Below are positions 32,136 through 46,039 of a stretch of DNA of 64,000 nt, one piece after another. The stretch comes from Lama glama (taxonomy: Eukaryota): NCBI GenBank assembly GCA_028534125.1, contig CM052817.1:36706001-36770000 (forward strand), read 5' to 3'. How positions within the stretch are numbered: position 1 is the first letter of the stretch; each line of letters begins with the position of its first letter. The translations under genes were made by a program, and so were the position numbers. The notes beneath the pieces are model-generated. The model searched no databases. It saw only the letters and a program-made list of their open reading frames with translations, and was not told the DNA's origin.

Positions 32136-34599
32136 TGCCCTGACCCCCTAAAAGAAAGAAAAGGAGAAGAGAGCCAGACTGTTACATCTAATTTCATTGA
32201 TCAAAATAGTTTTTTAAAAAATCATGTTTTTCTGGAATATATTGCTTGATTTATCTATATTACAGTTGATCTATCTGTATTACTTAGCATGCTCTGTCTA
32301 ATGCAGATAATGCAGAAATTATTTCTTACTTAATTACTGGAAAGCTTGAAACATAAAAAGATAATTGTCAATTAAAGAAAGATACTTCTACTTAAACTTT
32401 GGTTTCACTCATAATGTGTGGAAGCTCATGAATGCATTTCCGTTTAAAAATATACTTCAAATCCAGTGCAAGATAATCACTTATTTTGAGAAATGCCTTC
32501 TTTTGTTATCTCATCATCTTGAAGGAAATATGATCCCACCAAGCATCTTTGTTACTATGTCTTCTATTTTTTTGCTTTTGTATTTGAAAGTCATGGAAAG
32601 CCAAAACTTTGAGAAAAAGCCGTAAGTGAGTAATGTACTACCCAAAGTGGTCACAAAATATCTTTTGATTAATTTTGTTAAGGTTTACAATCATGAAATG
32701 ACAGAAATATTTTATTTTGTGTCATAATTTTATTGTGCAACTAACTTAATTATTTTTCTAGAAAAAAAGAAATGTAACACGTAAACCTATACTGGTAACT
32801 GGCAGGAATTCATTTGTTCTGTCAACAAAACTGCGCTGAACCATACAAAGTCCCTGCCTTCCAGGAGTTTGAATTCTAATGGCAAGGCTAACTATTTCAA
32901 AGTTAACAAATAAATATGCAATATAACATTATGTAATGATAAATGTATTAAAATAGTGGGTTGTGTTCATAGCGTTAACTATCAAAATACTTACCATTCA
33001 AATTTGGCTGTTATAAAGACGTTTATTTTTGTCTTTCTAGAAAATCATGGAAAGCAAACTCCTTTGTAAAACCCAGTCAGCAGAGTTTGCTTCCTGTTTT
33101 GAGGTGTAGTAATTCGGAAAGTAACTTAGAGCTAAACAAGAAGGTATTAAGCGATTATTTTTGGTTCTATCTTATGTAGTTTTTTTTTTTCAAATATGTG
33201 AAGTTAGGTTTGTGAAGAAAGCTCTTGTCTCTTTAACTTCCTGTTTAAGTAGTAAAACAGATGTCTAGAAGGTCTACTGTGACGAAGTGATAATGACAGT
33301 TTATTCGTTGGCCGACTTTGTTTTTTCCCTGCCCGTAAGCATAGCCTTAGGAAGAGGAAACTCTCACCACAGCACATGTGTACATTTTGCTGAATTGACA
33401 AAAATCGTACAATCCAAACCCCAGTCTTAGAAATTGCGAATTACACTGGGAAACCTGGTGGAAACTGACAAAAACTACATCTGAGCCCCCTCAAAGTCAG
33501 ATGCTTGGAATAGTAATTACTAGAGGTGAAATTCAATAATAAAAATTTTCTTCTTCAGAAACGTCACTAGATGGAAAATTCTATTCTTGTTATATAGAAA
33601 TCTTTCTTTAGCTGGCTGGAAAAATAAAGTAAAATATTCAGATAGTCTGTTCCACAGTACTTTGTTTTACATGCTAGACAAGACAGTTACGTGTGTGTGC
33701 TTTAGAGATACCGAAGTATTTAGAATGTGTGAGAACCTTTTCAGTCCGTTTTCATTCTTCTCACTATCTTTCACGTCAGTGCACTAGGGTATTTATTCTC
33801 GATTATGTACCAGCATATTTATTATTGATTATGTGGCCATTTATCAAGAAAAAGGTGAGTGTTGAGACACTAGTCTAATCAGGGTTACTTGCTATTAAAT
33901 TTAGGAGCAGAGATGCAACACACATCACTTAAGCACCTGTTTTCTGCTAAAGTTATAGTAGCACAGTATTGACTATTTCACTGGAACTTTTCAGAAGGAA
34001 TTTGAGCTCAGACTCAGTGGGTCTGTGTAACTGTCTTGCAGTAATGTGAGATTCAGTGTGAAAGTAATATGCCAAATGACAACCACCTATTGAACATTTT
34101 CCTTTTTTCATATCTACTTAAGATTCACTTTCCAGGCCCTCCATAATCCCTGTGGGCCCTGAAGGGCAGAACCTGCCTTATCACAGGGCGTTCACTCGGT
34201 ACTGTCTGGTAACAACCCAGGAGCCGCTACTCAGTCTCCGTTGTCTCCTCTTGCTCTGACATCTGTATCTGCTGAATTTTTAGTTTTTAACTCTCTTGAT
34301 TCTTGCAACTGCAGTCTTTTTTCTAAATCACTTCTCTCCATTCTGAATCCTGCCCCCATTCCTGCGTTGACCAAAATATCAATAACAGAAAGTGTTTGTG
34401 TTCAGCAGACCATAGTGAAGTTTCGAAGTTGTACAGTGGAATTTCGTTATCACTGACTGCAATTCAAAAGTGAAAATTTAACAGTAGACATCACGGTCCT
34501 ACCATGGCCTCCACTGGTCATCCATCCACTGTTTCTTACAGGCCGTCTCTCCTGGTCACGGCCTCACACTCCCTCTCCTTTCCTTTCCCTGTAATCTCT

Positions 34600-34990
34600 T
34601 GTATTAGTTTGCTTAGCCTGCCATAACAAAATACCACCAACTAGGGAGCTTAAACAACAGAAATTTATTGTCTCCCAGCACTGGAGGCTAAAAGTTCAAG
34701 ATCAAGGTGCCAGCAGGTTTGGTTTCTCCTGAGGCTTCTCACCTTGGCTTGTAGATGGCTATCTTCTCCCTGTGTCCTAACACGGCTTTCCTCTGTGCAT
34801 GTGTCCTGTGTCTTCATCTCTTCTTCTTCTATGGACACCAGTCAGAATAGATTAAGGTCTACCCTTACAATTTCACTTCAACTTAATTACCTCTTTTAAG
34901 ACCGTCTCTTAAAATGCAGTCACATTCTAAGGTATGGGGGTTTAAGGCTTCAGCATATGAATTTAGGGAGAAGGGTCACAGTTAAGCCCT
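34600..34990 (-). mobile_element. MaLR solo LTR (MLT1A/B-like)
   Basis: TGTATTAGTTTGCT...GCTTAAACAACAGAAATTTATTGTCTCCCAGCACTGGAGGCTAAAAGTTCAAGATCAAGGTG...CAGTCACATTCTAAGGTA. Confidence 0.85.
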
Positions 34991-35634
34991 TGCTGTCTCC
35001 CAAGTCTTTTTTCTTCTGTTCCATTGCCAGCTTCCAACCCCCAGCTTTCACTTCCTTTTCTAAAGCAGAGAAACTTTGTTTTCCATTAATAAACCTCTCT
35101 ATATATTTGAAACAAAATGATATCTACTTTCAGACTTCATTTTTTTTGCATGCATAGCTCAGGTGAAAGTTTAAAAATTATAGTTTCTCCTCCAATATAA
35201 GTAAGTTCCATAACAGGACTCCACCCGTTTTTGTGCAGAGAGGGACAAATATGATTTCTTCTCCTTGTCCCAAGTTCCCTCAGGGCCATTGGGTGGCCGG
35301 GAGTTGGCTGAGATGCTAGGTTTTTCCTTCTTCCAACTCATGTATTTTCTCTTGAATTTACTCACTTGAGTTACAAAAGGAACTTGTAAAAATTAACTCA
35401 GAGAGAAAAGGAAATATCTTGTTAGTTGCTAATATATCTGTCTCAGGACTTTTTTAAACAAAAGGTTATCCATTGCATAACTGTTACCCTACATCATTAG
35501 GTGAGAGAAATGTACCTGACTGTCCATACCTCTCCATCCCCAGTCTCTCCCAGCCTGACAGTTGTCCTTCAATTTCATTCTTTTGGAGACTTGTTTTCAA
35601 TTCAAGGGCATTCTCAGCACTTATCACTCAAGAA

Positions 35635-35820
35635 ATCTTTATTGAGCAGTTGGTCTATATTGTCTTTAATCTTACAACATTCCTGTAAGGTAGACATTAT
35701 TAAACATATTATGCAGATGAGATTTAACAGGTCAAGGTCTCAGTTTTATGCTATTTAGCGACAGAATCTGAATTTGACCTGTGTCTGTCAGGGCCTCAGG
35801 TCTCTGCTCTTTTTGCTGTA
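35635..35820 (-). mobile_element. MIR SINE (degraded)
   Basis: TTTATTGAGCA...TTTAATCTTACAACATTCCTGTAAGGTAG...TGCAGATGAG...AGAATCTGAATTTGACC. Confidence 0.6.
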
Positions 35821-36619
35821 CAAGAATAGCAGAAATAAGAGACTCCACTTTTCAAGCTCTCACAAGAGTTTGGAATTCTCAACACTCTTAGTCTTGCCTT
35901 CAGTGTTTGAATACTGTAAGTTCTGTCCATGTTTGTGTTCCTCTTGCTCCTTTTTAAAAATTAAAAAGAATAGCTGGGGGGGGATTATTCTTAATCTCAA
36001 AATCCCCTAAGATTACTCTATTAATTTTGCATTTTACTTTCCCATCCTGGGTGACATCAGTTTACATACTGGCAGCCTTGGCCGGCCCCTCCTGGTTTAG
36101 GCAGGGAGAGGAGAGCCGTGCAGTCAGGGTCCTGCACAGCGGGAGGAGATGCACTGAAGGGAAGGAGTCCTGGGCCTGTGCCAAAGGACAGTAAATAATG
36201 AGACACTATTCCAGAAAGCAGCAAGCTAGTGAAAATTTTGGGAAAGTAATGCAACATTCATGAACCAAGAAATAGTTCAGAAGGTGAATCAGGATGAAAA
36301 GCCCAGTAGGAGAGGCAAGAGAATAAAGCAAGATGGCCAGGGTCCAGAGGAAATAAACACAGACAGGTTGAAGGGGAGTTTAAGAAAAAAGCCTTTGATT
36401 GTGCTGATTTTGTCCTTCATGCATTTCTTAGCAAGTATCATTAGTGTCCAGTTAAAATGTCACTGGGGCTGGAATTTTTAGACTTACCTCTCTGTAGTAA
36501 GAAATGATTGTGTTATAGGTATCTAAGTTAAATGCTTGGTGTGTGCTATTTGGTTCTTCTGATCCCTTTTTTCCTAAGTCATCATGGTGGGGAAGAGAGA
36601 CACAAACATAATTAATAAT

Positions 36620-36790
36620 TAATTTTTACTGAATGCTTCAGTCTTGCTAACAATCCTATGAGAGAAGTATGTTATTATTCCCATTGTACAGATGAGAAAA
36701 TGGAGGCACAGAAATGCTGAATAACTTGCCCATGGTTGCACAGTGGGTAAGTGGCATGCAAGAATTTGTACTGATTACTGTGCAGTGTGT
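36620..36790 (-). mobile_element. MIR SINE
   Basis: AACAATCCTATGAG...TATTATTCCCATTGTACAGATGAGAAAATGGAGGCACAGA...TAACTTGCCCATGGTTGCACAG. Confidence 0.8.
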
Positions 36791-37889
36791 TAAGAGAAAA
36801 TAATATGGTATAAATGAATGAGGATCCAATGAATTTTGCTTGAGTGAGGATTAAGAAGAGCTCTGCCGATGAGATGACGTATCTCCTACGAATCATCCCA
36901 CAGCTTGGTGCCCATGTAAATACCACTTCTGATTGTGCTCTCAGGAAAATATCACCCTTGATGCTGCTCTCATTACCCAGACACTGAAAGTAATACATGA
37001 ACAAGGATCTGTCCTGATTTTTCTGTTACCAGCTGTCTCTAGTCTTCAAGACATTCCCACTCCTCAGGGCTGGGATGTTCCATTCAAATTAGTGTTTGTT
37101 ACAGACATTCTAGATCTCAAGTACTACAATGATTCACTGCCTGCACTGACTTCCTAAAAAAGAACTAGTAGAGGTAGATAACATGATAAAATCTACGTGA
37201 TAATTTTTATACCTCAGGTAGTTTGGATAAGAGGAGAGGGTACTTTATGAACAAAACGTTTTCCTGTGAGTAGTTCTTCTTGCATGTATTATCCTAAAGA
37301 TGAGAGCAGACTGGGCTAGAAATATTAGTTAAATTCTCTTTTCATTGGCATAGTTCTTAAACAGAACTCCCCATAAGAAAAGTTCAATAGAACAAGGAAA
37401 TATGATTAATCTCTTTTTCAAAACATTTACCAGTTAGTGTGAATGATCTCATTTCTCTATATTTTCCACTCGTTTTTATGTTGTATGGTCATAGTAGTAA
37501 AAAATGCCTGCAAGAATGTCTTTCAAAATGAAGTTAAGGAAAAACCATGGCAAATACCAGTGTAAGAAACAGTGGGTTCTAATGGAGGTTTGTAAGAAGG
37601 GTTTTGCTATTCTTAGTGCTAGTTGCCATTACACTTCCTGTAGATGCAGAGAGTGGGGACATTAGAGGGGTTACTTACCAATATATCAGATCATTTCTGG
37701 ACAAGATTAAAACAAAAGAGAATAAAGATGTGAAAAGCATGAAGTTACTCTTCTTGTGTTTATATTTTTCTAATTGTGTAAGAGGGAATCTTCATTTTTA
37801 TCAATTGGATATTTTTATTGTGTTTTGGTTTATTAGTTTTATTACGTTTCAATGATGTTGCTGTTAGAGTTGGCAGAGGCTTCTTATTA

Positions 37890-38050
37890 CAAGTTATTTT
37901 AATTTCTCTAAAGTTCAGTTTCTTCCTCTGGAAGATGGAGAATTTAGTGCACTGTGTCTCAAAGATGTGTTGTGAATATTAAATAAGATAAGGCACGTAA
38001 AGCACTTAGCAATGCTGGAAACATGGTAAAGTTTCAGTGGATGTGATCAT
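37890..38050 (+). mobile_element. MIR SINE
   Basis: CAAGTTATTTTAATTTCTCTAAAGTTCAGTTTCTTCCTCTG...GTTGTGAATATTAAATAAGATAA...GTAAAGCACTTAGCA. Confidence 0.7.
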
Positions 38051-38202
38051 TTCTGAAACAGGGATAAATAGCATTAATGTCATGTCTGTGTCAGGTCCAT
38101 GTTGCCTTTCTGTGTTTCAGATTGTATTTTCCAGAGATGGTTGCAAAAATGTCTAATGTCCTGTATACACTTCTTACAGAGTGACCTTGACACAGCTCCC
38201 AT

Positions 38203-38268
38203 CATTGAACTCAGGACCTCATACACACTAAGCATGTGCTCTACCACTGAGCTTTTACCCTCCCCACC
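38203..38268 (-). mobile_element. vic-1-like SINE head only (tail deleted), between an MLT1F-like 5' fragment (about 38112-38202) and an L1 3'-terminal scrap (about 38269-38305)
   Basis: ATTGAACTCAGGACCTCATACACACTAAGCATGTGCTCTACCACTGAGC...CCCTCCCCACC, then AAGTAGTGTTAATTTACAATGTTGTGTTAGTTTCTG. Confidence 0.7.
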
Positions 38269-41200
38269 AAAGTAGTGTTAATTTACAATGTTGTGTTAGT
38301 TTCTGAGAAGGTATGTGTTTAATCTGATAAATTTACTAGATCTTCGGACGCTACCTGTTCCGTGAAGTTGTCTGAGTACTGAGTTTGGTTTCACTTGCAC
38401 TTCCTTCTGCTCTTGGCTTGGTTAGATCGGTTATATTAGATGGGAAGCACGTACAAGTGGACATCTTTTGATTTAATTCAGACTTGCTTTACCAGTATCA
38501 AACTAGGACGGATCCTATGTGTCTGTTCTTTAACCTCACAGACATGATTCTGTAGAAAGTAACAGAGCTCTTTCTCGAAGGAATGCTGTTCCAGCTCAAG
38601 TAGGTCACCTATCCGGACCAGGCTTCCTCAGCCTATAACATTATTGGACTTTGGAAAAGTATTTTGTTTTTCTTTCTGTAATTCTCTCCTAGTAAAACAA
38701 ACAATCCAACCCATCAACCAATAAACAGACACTTTTCAGGTTGGCAGCAGACTGGCAGAAAGAAGCACCCACAGCTCACTCACCCTCCTTTCCTCCATCA
38801 GAGAGACACACTGTCGAGTTTGATTACATTTCTTATTTATGTAACAACAGGAATCAGAAACTAACTGAGAGTGGTGTGGCCAGAGACGGAGAACGAGAGC
38901 AAGCAAGTTAGCATTTCTTAGCACGGTAGCTGTGGGCCTGTGCGGCCCGTTTTGCGGGGTGAGGGATTGCAGGCCGTTGCATACCTAGCAGGGTATGGCT
39001 GCGCTGAAACCAGAAACTGAAGCTTTGCTCTCTGCTTTTTCTTTCTTTCTCTCTTAATCTGACAGGATTATATCATCAATTTAGAAGAAGTAAAATCTAT
39101 GTGCTTTCATTTGAATCATGAAATATTTGCTAACATGGGGTTGTTGGTTATTGTGGGTCTTACATCAGACCTGAATCAACATTGCCATTCATGAGATGAA
39201 AAGAACACCCCCAGTAAAAACCAGTCAACCACCACCATTACCACTGAAGTCCTATTCCTCTGCAAAGGAACTGTCCAAAAACCGGCAACGTACTGCACTT
39301 GCCAGCAAGAGTACTGCAGAGAAAAACACTGAAAAAAAGGCAGTGTTGTTAATCCATCTTTTGAAGGTACATTTTATATTGTTGGCACCAGCGTAAACTT
39401 TGAGGATCTCATTTCTTGGTCAACAAGCTAAGGGTGATGCATCTGGTGCTGATTCTAATGTGTTTCACAAACTTAAGGTTCATATAGGACAATATTTAAT
39501 TGCAGCAAACACAGAAGAGACCTCATAGGTCATAGTTTATCTCTGTTTACTCAGTTCCCTTGTTGGGAGTAGGTTTGGAAGCTCCTCTACCAATGTTTTC
39601 CATTGTGGTTTTCTTTTTTCATTTTTAGTGGTACTTTTTCATTTGCAACATTTAAGGGCCTAGAAAGTCCTTCAAATTCTGGCTGAAGGGAAGAAAGAAA
39701 ACTTTTAAACAGTGACTATGGATCCTGGGAGAAATCACCTTCTTAGACTTGCTTATTGTAGCTCTCAGGCTATGATGTTTCCGGAGGACAAACCTGGGCT
39801 ATGGACTCCTTGCAAAAGCTGTAAATGTGCCCATTAAGAACCAAACTCTTCCTAGAGGTATCCAGGACTGGACCTGTAGCTTTCCTGGAGAATATCCTAG
39901 AGAACACTGTTTCCAGGTGTTTTGAACATTCATGACCTATAGAAGATACCAGAGCATAATATTCTAATAGTTATTATTTTTTTTTAATTTTTGAAGATCA
40001 TAGACTTAGAAAGTGGTGGTGTGTGAGCTCATGTTGATGAAAAAAAACTTCACCTGTCATTTGGTGCATGATGTATCCAGATCCTGTTACATCATTATTA
40101 GACCACAAGTAGACCAGTGAGAACAAGTGGGGGTGAATTATAGAAATAAGTTTACAGAAGCTTCTTTGGGGCATTTTGAGTCTTCCCTTTTTCCTCTAAA
40201 ACTCTGAGCATCCTAGCATGTACTGTGTAATCACATTGATGCCAGTTGTTCGTTTTTGTTTTCTGGAAGGCTGTGGCTCTTGAATAGTTTATGATTATGA
40301 TTTAAATGTTCTTGGATTCCCATGAGTATCTTGCAGTAGAATTAAAAACACTTTTTATAGAATTATTTTTGGAATAATTCTACAGTTTTTAAAAAATATG
40401 CTTGTGTTAAGTATTCACTGATCTGGAACAAGAAAAATTCTCTAGGGATTTGTATCATTTCAAGCCCTAAGAAGGGAGTGTGAACAGGCAGGTAGATTTC
40501 AAGTATGACATCTGTCGAGTTAAATATGGTGCCATTTGTTTCACTAACTGGAGAGGAACCACTGATTTTGTCAACGAGATGTAGTGCTCAGATATTTTAA
40601 AGAGTGTTTTTAAAATCCAATAAAACATAGCTTCCAACTTTAGGCTGAAGAAAATTCTGTTGATAGTTTTTTAGCCATTACGCAACTGGGAAGAGGCAAG
40701 CAGAGAATGCTTTCTTTGTGCTGAAGCTAGAATAATGTAGAAAGCCGCGGACCTCGGGCAAATTACTCCACTTCTCAAAGTGTGTTGAGAAGTCTGCCTT
40801 TAATTAAGACCTGATGGAGTGAGCAGCACTATTTTTATAGCATGGTTGATTTAAAAAATATTCCTTGTGAAAACATTACACGTAATATTTTAGTTCTTGG
40901 TAAAATAAGATTTTATTGACTTTCTAGCCGAGGGATGTGGGGAGCAGGGCAACAACTTCTCCTCTGAGTACAGTCTTCCAATAGTAGTGCCTCTTAAACA
41001 GTATTTAAAGAGCGGGATGTTGACATGGCTGTTAAGACTATTACGAAAAGCCTTGAGAGGAAGCCGCAGGAAAGCAGGAATGGCAGACTTACAGAGAGGG
41101 AAAGAAAGGGTGGGTCCTTTGTTATAAGCTCATTTCTGCATTGTTATTCACGGGTTTGCCCTCATTGTTAAAATACGGTTAGGCATCTGCTTTCTGTGTA

Positions 41201-41869
41201 ATTTTATATCAAGATGTCAACTTGCTTTATACACACTCCAGAAAAAAATACCTTTAAGACTCTTACTGAATAAATGCAGTTTGTTGCAGCTGCAAGCTGC
41301 CTGAATAATAGGCTGTTCAAATCCAATAAATTTTCATGGACCTTTTTTTTTTCTTGTCCCTTGGGATTACACAAGAACTGGCCTCTGGTTTGGGTCCATC
41401 CTTGTCACCACTGAGATGCTACTTGTCTAAGCTCTCACCATTCTCAGATGGGTAACTCCCCTGGGTCTGCTGTGTGAGCTCAGCCATCAGCACCTTCACT
41501 GCACTAAGGATGCTTAGTGGCTTCATCCCACATCTGTGCTGCCCCTCCATTCAGAGGTCTGGCAATTGCCAATGGTGCTGCCCTGGATAGGATACAGAAT
41601 TCTGCTTCTTATGGAAACCACCAGTTAACCATCCTTTTAAACTCAAGGAATCCAACTCTCTCCTGGAGTAAGATCAGACCTCCCTTTGACCTCAAAGCCC
41701 AAGATCTCCCACCAACCACTAACTGGGCAATTTACTTTCTTCCTATTCTAGGCCTGAACTCCACAAACTATTAATACCTCCCTGGGCAACAGGTTGCAGC
41801 ATTCATAAAAGAGAGGCCACGTATTATTTCTATTTGAGGAAAGGACCTTTTCATATTTTTGCTGATGAA

Positions 41870-44595
41870 TCCATTTAGCAGTGTGGGAAATTCATTAAGA
41901 TTTTATTTTATTTTTTACCATTGATCAATGGTTGTAGATGATCACAGACATAGTAAGATAGTAATGCGGCTGCAGCTGCAGTTCTGGACATGGTGGTGTC
42001 CCTGATGCAGGAAATAAACGTAGCCCCTGGCCTGGTTCATAGCTGTTGACCTAGTACATGCTTTTGGACATGCCTATCAGCTAAATTGATAGGATGTAGT
42101 TTGCTTTCTAGGAGCAGGGATAGCAGAAAGCAGACTTGCCTAAGGGCTATCTAATCTATGTCGACTATCTAATCTATGTCGACTGACGTCAGCCCTGTTA
42201 CAGTGTGGTTCAGAGGGAACTTGATCATCTTGATATTCTGTAGCATGTTATGCTAGTGCATTACTTCAATGAGATTGTGAATGGGCCCTAGTGAGCAGGA
42301 ATTGGCGAGCACTTACATGACTTCACAAGGCAGGCACGTGTCAGAGGGTGAGTGAAAAACCCTGCTGGTTCCGAGGATCTGTCACATAGGTGGAGTTTCC
42401 AGGTATGCAGTCATCTCGGGTATGTTGGGACATCCCTTCTAAACTGAGATATAAGTTTCTGCACCTTGCATGGCTCGCTGCGAAAACAGGCACAGCATTT
42501 TGTGAACCTCTTTGGATCTGGGAGGCTATATATACCACCCATGGAAATGTCAAGTCTTAACGTTTGTTGGAAAACCTGTGATGTTGCCATTTTTGAGTGG
42601 AGCCTGGAGCAAGTAAAGCAACAGAGGCCCTTCAGCAAGTCTGTGCTGCTCATGCTTAGGACCTGAAGCATTTGCTTCACACACACATGCAGAGCTTCTG
42701 ACGGGCTCACAGTGCAGACCCTTAAGTCTTTGGAAAACGTGACTTCTTGTGACAGCTGTTCTCCACCTTTTAACTTGCTGCTGGGCCTGGCAAAGACTGA
42801 ACACCTGATCTTTGATTATAAGTGAATATGTGACCCAAACTGCTCTTTATGAACTGGGTATTATCTAATCCCTTGCCCCATAAATGTAGACATGTGCACA
42901 CCATTACAACAGAAAACGAAAATGGTATATATGAAGCAGGGCCAAGGAAAGGCAGAGGCACAAATAAATAGCAGGTATGAGTGGCTTAAATGCCCATGTT
43001 CGCTGCTCTTATTTCTTTCCCGCCTTTCCCTCAGACAACAGCTACGATCTAATGGGAGAGTTCGCTGTGACCAGCCAAAGAGGGAGGAGAAAGGGTGGGT
43101 CTGGTTTATGAATGGATGGTACGTGGGCATCAAACAGAAATGGATAGCTGCCACATACAGCGTCACTGAGGAGTGGCACTGAGAGACAGTGATGAAAGGA
43201 AATGGGGCAGAACTTTGGGCAGTCATCTGGTTGTCCACTTAATGTGGAAGGAAAGACAGCCTGAAGTGTGGATTTACATAAACTGGATAGACCAGCAGTA
43301 AAGACCTGGGGAAGGAGAACATAGGAAGATTGGTGACAAGGTCTCGGGGAGAGGTATGTGGATGGGCCTCTCAGCATAGCACAAGGCGGGGGCATTTGTG
43401 TTCCGTGTAAATGCCCGGTACAGTGGATCCGAGCTGTGAGTGAGTGTTTCCCATAACTAAGTGGGTAAGATGATCTCTTGTAGGGATGTCAGTCAGCCTC
43501 AGCCCCTAACCAAGACCAGGTCCATGGAGGTATATTCAATAAGTGTGACGGCAGGAATGGAGGCTGCGTGTGGGCTCACCACCAGGGGTGCACTCTCCCC
43601 AAGACCCCAGGACTGATTTGTCAACACCATAATGGCTTGTCCAGTCTGCCTGTAGCAAAGGCCGTTGCTGAGCTGTCAGTATTATACCAGTCATGGTGTC
43701 CACATCAATTCCAGGGACCTGTGGGATGGCATCTGAATGCTCCCTTTTGGCACCATCAGGAATAAAATCTTGTAGGGACACGACGCTATGTACAAGATTC
43801 AATAAAACCTTAAACCAGGGCCAAGATAAGGGACCATCTTCCATGTATCCGTGTATCCAGGAGCTGGAAGTAAGAATGGACTTTCCAACTATTATACCAA
43901 ATATGTAATTTGGGGAATTTTTTCTTCCCATCTGTGCAGTGTTGGTCTCAAAGGGTTTATAGTACTGGAGGGAGGAATGCGTCTAATTAAGAAATTCAAT
44001 AATAGTTACTTTGAATTAGAAATGAAGATCGCCCACTGTTTAGGCTAATGAAGCGTTAGGCAGGAAAGAGGTTATTGTGCTACCTGGGGTAGTGATCCTG
44101 ATTATGAGGGGGCAGTTGAGTTACTGATATACAGTGAGGGGTGAGGAGGACTATTTCTGGAACCCAAGTGGAACTCTAGCTACTTAAGACTCTATTACCA
44201 CATGGCCCTTGGCAGTAGAAAACTGCAGCAACACAATGAAGGTAGGACCACCAAAGGACTCAGTGCCCAAACGACTAAAGGTTTGACTCAGGAAATCAGC
44301 TAAAGAATCCATCCAACCAATATGCTTTAAGAAAATAAGGAAAACATAGAATAGAGATTGGGGAAATGCTGCTATGTTAACAGTTTAGGCCTAGGGACCA
44401 GTTACAGAAGCAGAGATGGTAGCAGCTTTGCCTTGTAATAGTTGTTTCTTTCCCCATGTTTCCTCCCCCTCCTTTTATGAAGAGCACTGCTCCTGGTTAC
44501 CATTTTAGGTTGCAAGTGGTGACGTGACTGAATTGACCTTGGTGATGGGGTAGCTGGCTTGGGACATAAGTCTTTCCCCTAGGCAAAGGGCAGGG
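41870..44595 (+). mobile_element. Degraded ERVL-class provirus internal region: RT, RNase H, integrase and dUTPase-like remnants
   Basis: Fragments align with remembered ERV-L Pol: AAAVLDMVVSLMQEIN, LPKGY, VHYFNEI (YIDD motif), KQAQHFVNLFG..IP, FEWSLEQ, EEKGWVWFMNG..YVGIKQKWIAA, WGRTLG/WAEL region. Many stops and frameshifts. Confidence 0.85.
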
Positions 44596-44597
44596 TG

Positions 44598-45004
44598 CAT
44601 GCTGAGGGGCAAGAAGAGCGGAGTGTGCTGGGTACCTGCTGCTGCTTCTCCATCCTTACTCGTCATCCTCTGTGTGGATCTGCCTCAGTGGGCGTCTTTT
44701 CCTCTGGCTCCTGGCTGGGTCGGGCCAGCGTGGTGGTGGCTCCTTCCCTCTGTAGTGCTGCAGGTTGGCAGTGTCCTTTTCTGAAGGTTGTAGCTCCTTT
44801 CAGCTGACGTTGTCCTCATAACTACCTTCTCTGGGTTTGAATAGCCACTCCTTTCAAGCTTTGGGTCCCCTTGCCAGTGGCCCAAGAGTACTGAACTATT
44901 TCTGGTTTGTTCCATAAAGCCTACTCATGGCAAATAGTCTCTTTTAAAAATTCTCCTGAGTTTACCTGGTCTCCATATGTCCTGCTGAGACCCTGACTGA
45001 TTCG
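44598..45004 (+). mobile_element. 3' LTR of the ERVL element (LTR16/LTR33-group ending); 5' boundary uncertain
   Basis: Ends GCAAATAGTCTCTTTTAAAAATTCTCC...TCCTGCTGAGACCCTGACTGATTC, typical of this LTR group. Confidence 0.55.
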
Positions 45005-45074
45005 TATGCAATACTTTGTTTAATCTTTATAACTACTCTATGGTATAGATTGCATAGATCCTCTCACTTCTGTC

Positions 45075-45434
45075 TTTGGACCATTTCAGTGGCTTTTCAT
45101 TGTACTTGAAATAAAACCCAATAGCATGGTTGGCAAAGCCGTACTTGATCTGATTTCTGCCTCCTTCTCCAAGCTGACCTCTTACCACTCTCCCTCACCC
45201 TAACTGCACTCAACCACTTTAAGACCCCTCACTGCTCTTTCTCCTGAGAGTCTCATCCCAAACATCTCCTTGCTTATAATTCAAATTTCAGTTTAAATGT
45301 CATCTTCTCAGAGTTTTTCCCTAGCCAGTCAATCAAAAGTAGTCATCCAAACACTATCACATCATCCTGTATTAACTGTTCTTGTGGAACTATTCACTCG
45401 CTGATATTTTCCTGTTTATTTTTAGATTTAAAAA

Positions 45435-45479
<45 letters not shown>

Positions 45480-45540
45480 ATCATCTGTCTGTCTCTATCA
45501 TTCTCCCTCCCTTCTAGAATGTACATTTCCTGAGAACTGA
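45075..45540 (+). mobile_element. L2a 3' fragment
   Basis: CAGTGGCTTTTCATTGTACTTGAAATAAAACCCAA...TCAGTTTAAATGTCATCTTCTCAGAG...CTAGAATGTACATTTCCTGAG. Confidence 0.75.
45436..45479. repeat. (TCTA)11 tetranucleotide microsatellite
   Basis: Perfect repeat read directly. Confidence 0.95.
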
Positions 45541-46039
45541 TTTTTAGTGTTTGTTGATATTGAATAAAAAAGCAGAGATTCCTCCTTGGGCATTAAACAT
45601 GTAATCTATACTTTCATATTTCTCACTTTATTTAGCAAAGTGGAGACTAAAGAAATCCTGCTTAATTTAAGATGTTTTTGTAAGAAACTTGAGAAACCAA
45701 AAAAAAAGAAAAGCAGAGATTATCCCTGTTCTATTGATAAAGTAACGGAAGTTCAGAGGTTTTAAATTACTCAAGGTTCACAATTATTAGTTGCAGAATC
45801 AGCACCTATATCCAAAGTTATATCCATACACCAGGGCCCATTCTCCATCTGATTTACTGAACATAAAAATACCTTGGAAGACAGAATGCCATGAGAGGTG
45901 CTGTAGAGAGCACATCCTCAACTAATGTCAGATCCCAAACTCCTGGAAGAATCATTCTGGGTCTCCTATCTTCTTAGCCCATTTTGGGTTTGGAAATAAA
46001 TTGTTTCTGGATATTAAATTACCATCCCCCTGCCACTCC

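Noticed and set aside
38920..39005. Small CpG-enriched patch (similar one at about 31085-31150)
   Set aside because: Under 100 bp with only a handful of CpGs; too short to call an island or regulatory element from sequence alone.
41380..41830. Possible additional antisense retroviral internal fragment
   Set aside because: Only a faint resemblance to the ERVL dUTPase region; not supportable without an HMM search.
41870..44200. Possible domesticated or intact retroviral pol gene
   Set aside because: Many stops and frameshifts, and the catalytic YIDD motif is degraded to YFNE.
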